Shown piece after piece: positions 37,083-46,444 of a stretch of DNA of 64,000 bases (position 1 is its first letter; each line of letters opens with the position of its first letter). This DNA comes from an uncultured Pseudomonadota bacterium. Lineage in GTDB: Bacteria; Oederibacteriota; Muellerivitia; Muellerivitales; Muellerivitaceae. The stretch covers positions 576,001 through 640,000 of the forward strand of contig CAVYRH010000004.1 in NCBI GenBank assembly GCA_963770835.1, written 5' to 3'. The translations under genes and the position numbers were made by a program. The notes below the pieces were generated by a model, which saw only the letters and a program-made list of their open reading frames with translations, searched no databases and was not told the origin of the DNA.

Positions 37083-37401
37083 TTTTCAAATTTACCCTAG
37101 ATGAAATCGAGGCGTGGAAGATGTGTTTCATAGAAGTAACGGATTTTTTCAGGACGCATAAAACAAGCCAAGGTTCCTGGCTCCCGTTTAACCCTGGTGA
37201 TGATTCAGTTTTTTTGATCGTGAATAAATTAGGCCCCCACTCTTAATCGCGATAAAATGACCCCATTCAAATTAGTTTTTCATCGCCTACCGATTTAACC
37301 GGGAAATGTCTTTGCCGGTTATTTAAGAAACAAACCCGTACTTCCCATTTCAGCAAAGCTTCGGCATCTCACCCTTATCTCTTTTTTGGCAGGAGGCGCA
37401 G

Positions 37402-37674
37402 ATGGAGATTGAAAAAAAGGTTAAGATTCTCAACCGCTTGGGGCTTCACTTAAGGGCCGCCGCACAGTTCGTTAAGACATCCTGCAAGTTCAAATGCCGG
37501 GTCCTGGTCAAGAGCCACTTGGGACCCGTGGACGGCAAAAGCCTGCTTAACCTGATGACCCTGGCGGCCAGTTATGGCTCGGAGCTCACCCTCGTTTTCC
37601 AGGGGGAGGATGCCCGGGACGCCAGTTTGGAGATTCAAAACCTCTTTTTGAACAAGTTTGGCGAAAAAGACTAA
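37402..37674 (+). CDS. HPr family phosphocarrier
   Basis: GLHLRAA (His15) and DGKSL (Ser46). Confidence 0.88.
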   Translation: MEIEKKVKILNRLGLHLRAAAQFVKTSCKFKCRVLVKSHLGPVDGKSLLNLMTLAASYGSELTLVFQGEDARDASLEIQNLFLNKFGEKD

Positions 37675-37705
37675 ACTCCCGGCCGGTTTAATTTCACTGT
37701 TTTCT

Positions 37706-37735
37706 AAACCCTCCCCACCTGGGGAGGGTTTTTTT
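37706..37735 (+). terminator. Rho-independent terminator
   Basis: aaaccctcccca-cc-tggggagggttttttt. Confidence 0.85.
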
Positions 37736-37740
37736 ATTTG

Positions 37741-37766
37741 GGAACCTTTTCCGGCCCCCGGTGTCT
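37741..37766 (+). promoter_or_regulatory. ECF promoter nearly identical to that of the ECF sigma gene
   Basis: GGAACCTTTTCC...GGTGTCTTA (GGAACC-N16-GTCT). Confidence 0.75.
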
Positions 37767-37800
37767 TAATGGACAAGACGACTAAAACCGGAGGTGTTTT

Positions 37801-39498
37801 ATGCAAGCCTTATCCAGCCGATTCATCCGCAGGTGCGCCGGAATGGCGGCCTTTATCCTAATCTTGGGAGGCGCTCCCAAGGCACATGGGGAGGAAACCG
37901 TCCTGACCCATCCCCGGGAAGTCACGGTTTTTCCCGACAGCGCCCGGGTGACCCGGGAAGGCGCCCTCCTCCTCAGCGCGGGAAGCCACCAGGTGGTTTT
38001 TCCCGACCTTCCGGCCTCCGTTATTGAATCCTCCCTGCGCCTGACCGTGGAAGGCCCGGAAGGCACCAAACTTTACGGGGTGTCCCTGCGCAAGGACTAC
38101 CGGCCGGAAATCGCCGAGAAGCGCACCCGCCAGCTCAAGGCCCGGCTACAGGGCCTCCAGGACCAGGCCGCCGACCTGGACGACCGGATGGAAGCCCGGA
38201 AAAACGAGATCGAACTTCTCAAGGGCTTGGCCAAGGAAAGCGGCAAAATCGCGGCCTCCCATATGGGCGCTATCCCGGACTTCACCCATTCGGCCGACTC
38301 CGTCGAGGGCCGGATCGGGACGCTCCTGGCCTCCAACCGCAAGGACGAGCGCCGGGAGAGGGGCCTGAAGCTCGAAATTGATGCCTTGAACCGCAAATTG
38401 TCCGAGGGCGGGTCGACCGAGAGGGAAAAACAAACGGCGGAAGCCGATATTGAACTGCCCCAAGAGGGAACGGCAAGTTTTACCCTGACCTACCAGGTTT
38501 CCGACGCTTCCTGGACCCCGATGTACGACCTTCGGCTCTCCACGGAGGGTGTGAAACCCCAAATGGACCTGGCCTTCAACGCCCAAGTGCGGCAGAAGAC
38601 GGGGGAGGATTGGAAGGGAGTAATCCTGACCCTTTCCACCTCGCGGCCCAACGAAGGCACCCAGGTACCCGACCCGACCGATTGGTGGCTGGATTTCATC
38701 ACTGAACAGGCCAAAACCATTACGAGGTCCTTTGGAATGGCCAATTACGCCATGCCGCAAGCCGCTATGGCACGGCTTGGAGCAGTGGATTTATATGCTA
38801 AAAAGAATATCGATAAAGAGGAGGATGCGCCTCCCGCTCCCGCCGAAGTGGTGACCGCCCAAACGCTCCAGGCGCCCTATGCCATGTCCTTCGCCATTCC
38901 CTTGCACCGGGACATTCCCTCGGATGGCACGGATCACCGGGTGGGTGTGGCCCAGGATTCCCAGCCGGTGGACCTTAAACTAGTGGCGGTACCGCGCCTT
39001 TCCCAAGCCGCCTATTTGGAGGCCCATATTACATACAGCGGCGAGCAGGCTCTATTGCCGGGGGCGGCCCAATTGTTCCGGGATGGGGATTTCGTGGGCA
39101 CGGCGGACCTGGAAGCCAAATCTCCCGGGGAAGCTTTTGACCTGGGCTTCGGCCAGGACGACGCCGTCCGGGTAGAGCGAAAGATGGTGGACGAGACCAC
39201 TGGTAAGGGAGGCTTTCTTTCCGGCAATGGCGAACGGCAGTACCACTGGGTGACGACTTTAACCAATTACCACCAGGGCCTTCGCACCGTGGAAGTGCGG
39301 GAACAACTGCCGCGCTCCAGGGAAAAGGAGATAACGGTGGAAGCAACCCAAATCGCCCCGAAACCGCAGCTCGAAGATCCTGAAAAACCCGGCTTGGTTT
39401 GTTGGGAACTCCATTTGAAGCCCAAGGAAAAAACCAAGCTGACTTTTGCTTACAAAGTCGATTTCCCGGAAAAGGACCAAGTGACGGGGTTGGAATAA
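37801..39498 (+). CDS. DUF4140/DUF4139 (MuiA-like) secreted protein
   Basis: VTVFPDSARVTR, ASWTPMYDL, QKTGEDW and LGFGQD. Confidence 0.88.
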   Translation: MQALSSRFIRRCAGMAAFILILGGAPKAHGEETVLTHPREVTVFPDSARVTREGALLLSAGSHQVVFPDLPASVIESSLRLTVEGPEGTKLYGVSLRKDYRPEIAEKRTRQLKARLQGLQDQAADLDDRMEARKNEIELLKGLAKESGKIAASHMGAIPDFTHSADSVEGRIGTLLASNRKDERRERGLKLEIDALNRKLSEGGSTEREKQTAEADIELPQEGTASFTLTYQVSDASWTPMYDLRLSTEGVKPQMDLAFNAQVRQKTGEDWKGVILTLSTSRPNEGTQVPDPTDWWLDFITEQAKTITRSFGMANYAMPQAAMARLGAVDLYAKKNIDKEEDAPPAPAEVVTAQTLQAPYAMSFAIPLHRDIPSDGTDHRVGVAQDSQPVDLKLVAVPRLSQAAYLEAHITYSGEQALLPGAAQLFRDGDFVGTADLEAKSPGEAFDLGFGQDDAVRVERKMVDETTGKGGFLSGNGERQYHWVTTLTNYHQGLRTVEVREQLPRSREKEITVEATQIAPKPQLEDPEKPGLVCWELHLKPKEKTKLTFAYKVDFPEKDQVTGLE

Positions 39499-39512
39499 CG
39501 GCAGAAGGCCAC

Positions 39513-39554
39513 AAACGAAAAAGGCCGGGGATTTTTCCCCGGCCTTTTTCGTTT
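39513..39554. terminator. Bidirectional terminator
   Basis: aaacgaaaaaggccgggga-tttt-tccccggcctttttcgttt between convergent genes. Confidence 0.85.
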
Positions 39555-39568
39555 AAAAGTGAAAAGTC

Positions 39569-39940
39569 TCAAACAACGTCGGGAACGGCGCCCGGCAAGC
39601 CCACCTGGGAAAGCTCGGCCTTTACGAAGTAATAGGCATTCGCCGCCGGGTTGGGGAGACCGCCCGCAGGCGGTGCTTGGGAATCCATGGCGATCTGGGC
39701 CTGCTCCATCATTCCGTCCAGCAAATCCAGTTTTTGCAGGAACTCCTCATTGCTTTGCTGGGCCATTATTTCGGCTTGCGAAAGTCCGGGGTTGGAGGAT
39801 TGGGGAAGGTTCGGGGTCAGCAGGTCATTCATCAGGTCCGCGAAAGAGGCCGCCAAGGGGTCGCCCGAGGCGGAGAGAAGGTCGGCGGTCTGGTCCCCCA
39901 AGGGGGAAGCGGCGCTATTAACGGGTGAAATCGAATCCAC
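39569..39940 (-). CDS. Hypothetical protein, paralog of 30510-30839
   Basis: GTG start with AAGGA RBS; shared EQAQ motif. Confidence 0.6.
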   Translation of the reverse strand: MDSISPVNSAASPLGDQTADLLSASGDPLAASFADLMNDLLTPNLPQSSNPGLSQAEIMAQQSNEEFLQKLDLLDGMMEQAQIAMDSQAPPAGGLPNPAANAYYFVKAELSQVGLPGAVPDVV

Positions 39941-39970
39941 GGCTAAATCCTTTGGTTCGTCCTGGCTTAC

Positions 39971-39997
39971 CTAACGGCCGAATCCAGCAAACCTTTA
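39971..39997 (-). promoter_or_regulatory. Sigma28-type promoter
   Basis: TAAA-N15-GCCGTTAG on the minus strand. Confidence 0.65.
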
Positions 39998-40019
39998 ATG
40001 GCTCCCTTTTTCCGGAATG

Positions 40020-41297
40020 TTAAACCTTGGGCAAATTCAGGTCCGCGCAGAGGATTTGAAAGCCATTTCCCGAAGGGTTGTTGATGCATTTGGCCACCGT
40101 GATACAAAGATGCCCCGAGTTCATCGACAGGTAAGGCTCAGTCACGACGCGGTCCACATCGGGCGCCATGGCATAAAAGTACTCCTTCAAGGAATGGTCC
40201 GAACCGGGGGAAGAGGGCTCAAAGAGGAACCGCTTGCGCTCCGGGATATGGTACTCGCTCAAAGCCACGTTCCCGACCTGGCGGCCCAGGGGGTTCAACC
40301 GGTAAAGGCACTCCAGCGCCGGAACCTGGCGGAAGAGGAAAGGAGCCTTCGATTCCAGGTTCGAAAGGGGTTCCTTGTCGAAGCAGGCGGAAAGAAACTC
40401 GCCGATCCTCTCGCATTTTTTCCGCAGTTCCCTATCCTTTTGGGCCTGGCGGTTCAACCGGCGCCGGAACCGCGCCGAGAGGAACATCATACGGGCCTTG
40501 CGGCCCAGCGTGAGCACCAGGCTCTCCTTGTAGTTCCTCGAGAAATAACTTCCCTGGAGCAGGTCAGCGCCCAATTCCAGGGCGGCCAGGGAATCCTCCT
40601 CGTTGTCCAGGTTTCCCGCCACCACCACAACGCCCAGACCGTGGGCCAGTTTCAAGATCTTCCGGAAATCCGACTGCTTTTCCCGGCTGCGAGCCAGCCC
40701 CTTCACCAGGCTGTCGTCGAGTTTGACCAGGTCGGGGTTGAGTTCCAGGACCGATTTCATCCGGTCGGCCCCGGCATGGATGTCCTTCAGGCAAACCAGC
40801 AGGCGGTTCCGCCGTTGGATTTGGATGAACTTGTCCACCTGCGCCGGATTCCATTTTCCCGAAAGGGGGATCTGGACCACCAACCGCCGGGGCTCCAGAC
40901 CGAACTCCTCGATTTGTTTTACCAGGTGGCCCGAACCCACGATGTTTTCCTCCAGCACCGAGGGTTCGATATCCAGAAAGAGGAGCAAGCGGGGTTTTTG
41001 GGTTTGGAAGGCCGAGAAGGCTTCCAGTCCCTTCTGGCGGAAAAGGCGGTCCAGGCCGAGCTTGAGGTAAAAATCCTCCTCCCCCATGTTGCGGAAAAGA
41101 TCCTGGGGCTCGATCATGTCCAGGTTATCCGGATCCAATGCGCGGCTGACAACCTCGAGGCCCAGGATGCCCCGGCGGTGGACCGAGACGACGGGCTCAA
41201 AGAAAGCCGCAGCGCTGTTTTTCTCCAGGATATAAAAAGGATGGTTGGAATAAAGCGAAGAGACGGACGGCGTTTCCAAAGTGTGAGTGTTGGACAT
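40020..41297 (-). CDS. Degenerate EAL + Cache/PAS-like protein (third paralog)
   Basis: Homologous to 20084 and 21573 but has EVV, KDIHAG and GNLDN in place of the catalytic motifs. Confidence 0.8.
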   Translation of the reverse strand: MSNTHTLETPSVSSLYSNHPFYILEKNSAAAFFEPVVSVHRRGILGLEVVSRALDPDNLDMIEPQDLFRNMGEEDFYLKLGLDRLFRQKGLEAFSAFQTQKPRLLLFLDIEPSVLEENIVGSGHLVKQIEEFGLEPRRLVVQIPLSGKWNPAQVDKFIQIQRRNRLLVCLKDIHAGADRMKSVLELNPDLVKLDDSLVKGLARSREKQSDFRKILKLAHGLGVVVVAGNLDNEEDSLAALELGADLLQGSYFSRNYKESLVLTLGRKARMMFLSARFRRRLNRQAQKDRELRKKCERIGEFLSACFDKEPLSNLESKAPFLFRQVPALECLYRLNPLGRQVGNVALSEYHIPERKRFLFEPSSPGSDHSLKEYFYAMAPDVDRVVTEPYLSMNSGHLCITVAKCINNPSGNGFQILCADLNLPKV

Positions 41298-41667
41298 AGC
41301 GTTCTCCTTTTCTTCCCTTTGCTTCTGCAACGGGCGTGCCACCCGGAAAAAGCGGTTTTTCGGGGTTAAGAAACTGATAGTCACACAGTTTTGTAGACGA
41401 AGGGGAAACCGGGAAGATTTCGGAAATTTCACGGGAATGTAATAAAAACGATTGGGGGAAAGCAACTATGACGTCGAAACAAAATTAAAAAATGAATCCC
41501 AAGCGATTGTCGCGGTCATTCCGGCGAAAAACGATTCCACCTCGGGTGCTTTGCCCCCTGGTGGAAATCCACATTTTTGGGAGAGGAATGAATCCTTCGA
41601 TTGGGTCAATTTTTATTCTTTTTTTGAAAAGAAGACGGGTTAGGGGCAGTTTTGGAAAATGTAGAGG

Positions 41668-42450
41668 TTAAGATTTTGAAAGTTTTTTTCTGCTGCTGAC
41701 CGTCTTTTGCACCACGCGGTTGCGTCCCCGGCGCTTGGCCTCGTAAAGGGCCTGGTCGGCCAGGACGATTAAGTTACGGTAATTGGAACCCGCCCGTTTG
41801 TATCCGGTGACGGTCCCGATGCTGACCGTCACCCGGACCTTTTTCTCCCCGTGAAGGAAAGGATAATCCTCCGTGGTTCTCCGGATGCGTTCGGCCACCG
41901 CCAGGGCTTCCTCCGCGCCGCAGTTGGGCAGGATGCAAAGGAATTCCTCCCCCCCATAACGGGTGGCCGTGTCGCCCTCGCGGATGGATTTTTTCACCAG
42001 GCCGGCAAAATGCCTTAGCACGTGGTCCCCAAAGGGATGGCCGTACTTGTCGTTGACCTTCTTGAAACGGTCCAGGTCCATCATGAAACAGGAAAGGGGC
42101 TGCCGCGTTGTGAGATGCTTGCGGAACTCGATCTGGAAAACGTCGTGGAGGTAACGGTGGTTGCCCAAGCCGGTTAAGGGGTCGGTCAGGACTTCGTCGG
42201 AGAGAATAAGGTTTTTGCTGACCAGGGTGTCTTCCTGGCGGCCAATGAAAAACCCGAAAAGGGCGAAAGCCGAGCAGGTACCGAAGAGCATATAGGTGAA
42301 AAAGAAAGGGTAATCCCGCCATTGTTGCACCGCGAAGGAAATCCAGGACGAATTCGTGTTGGAGGATAAACAAGGCCAGAGGAGCGCCCCCAGGGGGGCC
42401 CCTAAACCCAGGAGAAAACCCGACAAGGAGAATAGATAAGACTTCCGCAT
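41668..42450 (-). CDS. Membrane-bound diguanylate cyclase
   Basis: 2 TM helices, TDPLTGL, DLDRFK, RxxD I-site (REGD) and GGEEF. Confidence 0.92.
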   Translation of the reverse strand: MRKSYLFSLSGFLLGLGAPLGALLWPCLSSNTNSSWISFAVQQWRDYPFFFTYMLFGTCSAFALFGFFIGRQEDTLVSKNLILSDEVLTDPLTGLGNHRYLHDVFQIEFRKHLTTRQPLSCFMMDLDRFKKVNDKYGHPFGDHVLRHFAGLVKKSIREGDTATRYGGEEFLCILPNCGAEEALAVAERIRRTTEDYPFLHGEKKVRVTVSIGTVTGYKRAGSNYRNLIVLADQALYEAKRRGRNRVVQKTVSSRKKLSKS

Positions 42451-42494
42451 ATATAACTCCCTCCTTAATTTTACCAAGGAAGGGAGCAACCGTT

Positions 42495-42995
42495 TTATGA
42501 AGTTTCGGTCATTTCATCCAAGGAAAAGGTCAAAAGCCGCAATAATGGGTCCCGGTTTTTGTCCCCGACCACCCGGTCCAATTCGGGATAGAACACCCGG
42601 TCTTCCCGCAGGGTGTGGTGCTCCATGTATTTCTTAAATTGGGCCTCGTCGTCCAGCAGGGCGAGCAGGGCCTTCAAGTCCGGGGCGGGCGAGGACGTGC
42701 GTTCAAGGCGGAGATTAAGGCGGTTGAGCCACTCGGTGATTTTTTTGTGTTCCCCGGCGAAAATGTCCGGGTCCCCCCCGCGGATGGACGAAGCCTGTTC
42801 CCGGTAGAGGGGCATGAGGATCTCATCCTCTTCCCGTATATGGTAATAGAGGGCCTTCTCGAATTTAAAAAGGAGCTTCGCCGCCAAAGCAATATCGTTC
42901 TTCAGGACCGCGACCTGGTGTTGGTAGAAAAGCTGATCGAGCTGCCGGTGGACCTGGTTCAGGTCCGCGAGGGTTTGATGCGTGGTTGGGGGCAT
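42495..42995 (-). CDS. Hemerythrin-like (HHE) domain protein
   Basis: H...HIREED...EH...HTLRED..FYP pattern; AAGGA RBS before the ATG at 42995. Confidence 0.82.
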   Translation of the reverse strand: MPPTTHQTLADLNQVHRQLDQLFYQHQVAVLKNDIALAAKLLFKFEKALYYHIREEDEILMPLYREQASSIRGGDPDIFAGEHKKITEWLNRLNLRLERTSSPAPDLKALLALLDDEAQFKKYMEHHTLREDRVFYPELDRVVGDKNRDPLLRLLTFSLDEMTETS

Positions 42996-43052
42996 GTATA
43001 TTTCCTTGCCGCCGCGCGGGGAACAGGGAAGTGCGCGGCGGGATACGGAATC

Positions 43053-43095
43053 ATGATAGGTTTCCGCCACGGGGCCGGTTATGAGGAAGCTCATA
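43053..43095 (-). promoter_or_regulatory. Class II Crp/Fnr-type promoter
   Basis: TATGA-N6-TCATA (43080-43095) centred at -41.5 relative to a TATCAT -10 box (43058-43053). Confidence 0.6.
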
Positions 43096-44281
43096 ATTTG
43101 TTTTTACCCTTTCGGGGGATGAAAAATAAAAGAATCGAGGCCATCCCCGCCAAAGCGGCTCCCACCCCGAAGGCCGAGGGGTAGCCCCAGGCTTGTCCCA
43201 CGAAGCCGAATAGGAGGCTCGCTGGAAGGGCAAAGAGTCCTAACACCAGGTTGTAATAGCCAAAAGCCGTTCCCCGCAAAGCCTTGGGCGCCAGGTCCGC
43301 CACGAAGGCTTTTTCCGAGGGCTCGCACAAGCCGTAAAAAACACCGTAAGCGAGGAAGAGGGCGATGAGGCCTTCCTTTTGGCTGACGAGGGCGAAGCCC
43401 AGGTAAATCAAGGCGTAATAGATCCAACCGGAAATGATCAGCGGTTTGCGGCCCAGGCGGTCCGAAAGGGATCCGCTGTAGGGTGAGGAGACCATCCGGA
43501 CCCCCCCATGAAGCCCCCAAAGCAGGAAGACCCAGCCGCCGGGCACACCCGCCTGCGAGAGGCGCAGGATCAGGAAGGCGTCGGAGGAATTGCCTAGGGT
43601 GAAAAGAAGCAGGGCCGCCAGGAGGAACTTGAAATTTCCCCCTAGGCTCTTCCAGTCCTGGAAAAGGGTGAGGCGCTTGGCTTGGGGCGGGGTGGCCTTG
43701 GGCTTTTCCTCCACCTTCCAGACGAACGACCAGGCCAGTACCCCCGGCACGAGGGAAAGCAGGATGATGTTGCGGTAAGAAAGGCCGAGGAAGCCAAGGG
43801 CGGCGGCCAAGAAGGGTCCCAGCAACTGGCCCGCGTCGTCCATGGCGCTGTGGAAACCGTAGGCGGCGCCCCGGTTGGCGGGGGAGGTGACGTCCGCGAT
43901 CAAGGCGTCCTGGGGGGAGGACCGAACCCCCTTTCCCAAGCGGTCCGCGAAACGGAGGAAAAGGACCCAAGGCCAGGTTTGGGCCAAGCCCACGAGGGGG
44001 CGAAGCAGGGTCGACATGGCGAAACCGAGGATGAGGAAAGGCTTCTTTTTCCGGACCCGGTCGGCCCCGATGCCGGAGAAAACCTTGATGAGGGAAGATG
44101 CCGATTCGGCGACTCCTTCCACCCAGCCGACGGCCACCGGGCCCGCGCCCAAAACCTGGGCCAGGAAAAGGGGAACGACGGGGTAGATCATTTCCTTGGC
44201 CAGGTCGTTGAAAAGGCTGACCAAGCCCAGTTGAAAGACCGTTTTAGGGATGGATTTGAGGAACTTCGCCAGCCTAGACAT
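43091..44281 (-). CDS. MFS transporter
   Basis: SLFNDLAKEMIYP, DRLGKGVR and GSLSDRLGRK. Confidence 0.9.
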   Translation of the reverse strand: MSRLAKFLKSIPKTVFQLGLVSLFNDLAKEMIYPVVPLFLAQVLGAGPVAVGWVEGVAESASSLIKVFSGIGADRVRKKKPFLILGFAMSTLLRPLVGLAQTWPWVLFLRFADRLGKGVRSSPQDALIADVTSPANRGAAYGFHSAMDDAGQLLGPFLAAALGFLGLSYRNIILLSLVPGVLAWSFVWKVEEKPKATPPQAKRLTLFQDWKSLGGNFKFLLAALLLFTLGNSSDAFLILRLSQAGVPGGWVFLLWGLHGGVRMVSSPYSGSLSDRLGRKPLIISGWIYYALIYLGFALVSQKEGLIALFLAYGVFYGLCEPSEKAFVADLAPKALRGTAFGYYNLVLGLFALPASLLFGFVGQAWGYPSAFGVGAALAGMASILLFFIPRKGKNKL

Positions 44282-44987
44282 GGCTGATCAGGCGGGCGAT
44301 TCCAAAGGCGGCGCCGGCCGCGGAGATGCCGACAGCCGTCACTGTCAAGGCGCCCTTGATGGGGTCCTGGCCCGTGAAACGGGCCTTGTAGTAGCCGAAA
44401 ACCAGGAGGCATGCGACGGTGATGAGAAAGGAATAAAAAAGGCCGGCCAGGGGTTCCTTGCAGAAGAAGTAAGCCGAGAGGGGCACCAATCCGCCGATGG
44501 CGTAGGAAATGCCGATCCTCAGGGCGCTGAAGAGCGCCTGGCGGGGGTCCGGCTTTTCCAGCCCCAGCTCGAAGCGCATCATGAAATCCACCCACATCTT
44601 GTGGTCTTTTTCCAGGTCCCGGGCGACCCCCTCCCGGACCTCGGCGGAGATGCCGTAATTCTCCAGGATGTTCTTGATCTCGTCCATCTCCTCTTGGGGG
44701 ATCTTTTTTACCTCCAACTCCTCGCGGCGCTGTTCGCCCTCGTAGTGTTCGATTTCCGTCCGGCCTGCCAGGTAGCCGCCCAGGCCCATGGAGATGGTGC
44801 CGGCGATAATCTCGGCCAGGCCCGCCACGATGATGATGGAACTGTTGCTCACCGCCCCGCTCAGGCCCGCGGCCAGGGCAAAGGGCACGGTAAGCCCGTC
44901 GGAGGTTCCCACCACGAAGTCCCGGAGCGCGAGGAGGGAAATGGAATGCCTCTCCCGGTGGTGGTGATGCGGTATATGGACGGGCAT
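44274..44987 (-). CDS. VIT1/CCC1 family iron/manganese transporter
   Basis: RDFVVGTSDGLTVPFALAAG and ISMGLGGYL. Confidence 0.92.
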   Translation of the reverse strand: MPVHIPHHHHRERHSISLLALRDFVVGTSDGLTVPFALAAGLSGAVSNSSIIIVAGLAEIIAGTISMGLGGYLAGRTEIEHYEGEQRREELEVKKIPQEEMDEIKNILENYGISAEVREGVARDLEKDHKMWVDFMMRFELGLEKPDPRQALFSALRIGISYAIGGLVPLSAYFFCKEPLAGLFYSFLITVACLLVFGYYKARFTGQDPIKGALTVTAVGISAAGAAFGIARLISHV

Positions 44988-45206
44988 GGTTTTTCCCTAT
45001 GGTGGAATGGCACAAAAAAACCGGTTTCCCGGGGGCTTTTGATCTTATTCCAGGGGCTTTAACCGCACAAGGCCTTCGTTATTGCTTATTTCGAGGTGGA
45101 ACCAGTTAAACCAGAACCCATTTCAAATTGTTTTCAGCTTTGATTTTTGGGGGAAGAGAGGCCTAGGGTAAAGGCGTAGGTCCCGAGACTTTGAAGGAGG
45201 AATTAC

Positions 45207-45383
45207 ATGCCTAGGACAAAAGAAAAGGAATCCGTGAAGCCGCATCAGGAAGAAATGCCGCATGAAAGCCTGGAGACGGCCGCCTATTACCACTGGCTGG
45301 AGAGGGGCTGCCCCATAGGCGACGACCTGACCGATTGGGTCGAGGTGGAAAAGAAATACACCGCCACCGCCCGGCACAACTAG
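45207..45383 (+). CDS. DUF2934 small protein (absent from ORF track)
   Basis: AAGGAGG RBS; ...AAYYHWLERGCPIGDDLTDWVEVE. Confidence 0.8.
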   Translation: MPRTKEKESVKPHQEEMPHESLETAAYYHWLERGCPIGDDLTDWVEVEKKYTATARHN

Positions 45384-45527
45384 CAGGTTGATAGAAGAGA
45401 GTTCTTTTTGGAATTTGTAGCGAAGCTTTCCCCTTTTGAAAAAGCGAGGAAGCTGGGGTCATTTCTGCTCCTTGGGCTTTGAGAGAAATGTCATGGTCAA
45501 AACGTAAGTCAAGAAGATAGGTTTGGT

Positions 45528-46205
45528 TTAGGGTTGGCTAGTTGGCTGGTTGGGGGTTTTAGCGCCGCTGGCTAGCAGGTTCTCCGAGCTTTTTTTTTGA
45601 TCGAGGGCCAATTGTTCCGCCGTCATTTCCTTCTGGACGGACTGCAACAGGTCCCGCACGCTGCCCTGGATGGAATCCCCCACCAAGAAGGCCGGGGCGC
45701 CGAAATGCTCTTCGGCGTCCAGGGTATAAATGATCTCCAGGCTGCCGTCGTCGGCGGGGTTGAGGGTCCAGGTGCCCTGGTAAAAGTCGAAATCCTTGTG
45801 GCTGGTATCCTCAAAGACAATGGATTTTTGGGGCTGTTGGTGGACGCTCAAAAGAAGGTGGATCCTTTGGGTGAAGAAAAGGAAGCCGCCTTCCCCTTCT
45901 TGTTCCAAAACCAGGTCGTCGTTGGTTTGGCTGAGAACCTTGCTGACCTTCATGCTGTTCACGAAATGGGGGATGCGGCCGTAATCGGTGAGAACCGCCC
46001 AGGCCGTGGAGGGGTCCACTTTCACGAAGAAGGAGCCTTCCACCTTGAAGTGGCCCCACTGGTCGTAAAAGGAAAGGGTGGGAGGGGTCAAGTCGGCGGC
46101 CTTTCCCGCGCCGCAGGAGAGCGCGGCGCAGGCGGCCACCATCGTAGCCCTGAGAAGGAGCATACGAAGATTTCGGGTTGGTGCTTGGGTCAACATGGTT
46201 TTCAT
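45528..46205 (-). CDS. Secreted SRPBCC/polyketide-cyclase-like protein
   Basis: Signal-like leader, AWAVLTDY..IPHFV and DFDFYQGTW. Confidence 0.8.
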   Translation of the reverse strand: MKTMLTQAPTRNLRMLLLRATMVAACAALSCGAGKAADLTPPTLSFYDQWGHFKVEGSFFVKVDPSTAWAVLTDYGRIPHFVNSMKVSKVLSQTNDDLVLEQEGEGGFLFFTQRIHLLLSVHQQPQKSIVFEDTSHKDFDFYQGTWTLNPADDGSLEIIYTLDAEEHFGAPAFLVGDSIQGSVRDLLQSVQKEMTAEQLALDQKKSSENLLASGAKTPNQPTSQP

Positions 46206-46304
46206 TCTCTCCTCATTTTCCCCTAAAGGGGAGCCCCTCCCAAGAGGGGCCCTCCATTAGGGGCCCCGGCTGTTACGCCGGGGCGCCTTTCAACCCAGCC
46301 TTAT

Positions 46305-46444
46305 CAGGATGATGAAAAAGTCCAAAAGGTGGACTTTTTCTTATCTTCGTCGCGAATCACCCCTTGAAAAACAAGGGGTTTTATACGATTCGCTCCAAGC
46401 CCGTGGCTGTAGACAGGGTGTAAAAGCATTTTTTCAGCACCCTG
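46305..46444 (+). mobile_element. Structured MITE, copy 2
   Basis: Same terminal repeats and internal stems; abuts the stop codon of 46445-47875. Confidence 0.8.

Noticed and set aside
37361..37378. TCGGCATCTCAC as a sigma54 promoter for HPr
   Set aside because: The -12 GC is absent at the required GG-N10-GC spacing.
40017..41369. 450-aa plus-strand ORF and other long shadow ORFs (e.g. 6552-7637, 16313-17293, 23030-23953)
   Set aside because: They are antisense or off-frame to well-supported genes, lack motifs, and are expected from GC-rich codon bias.
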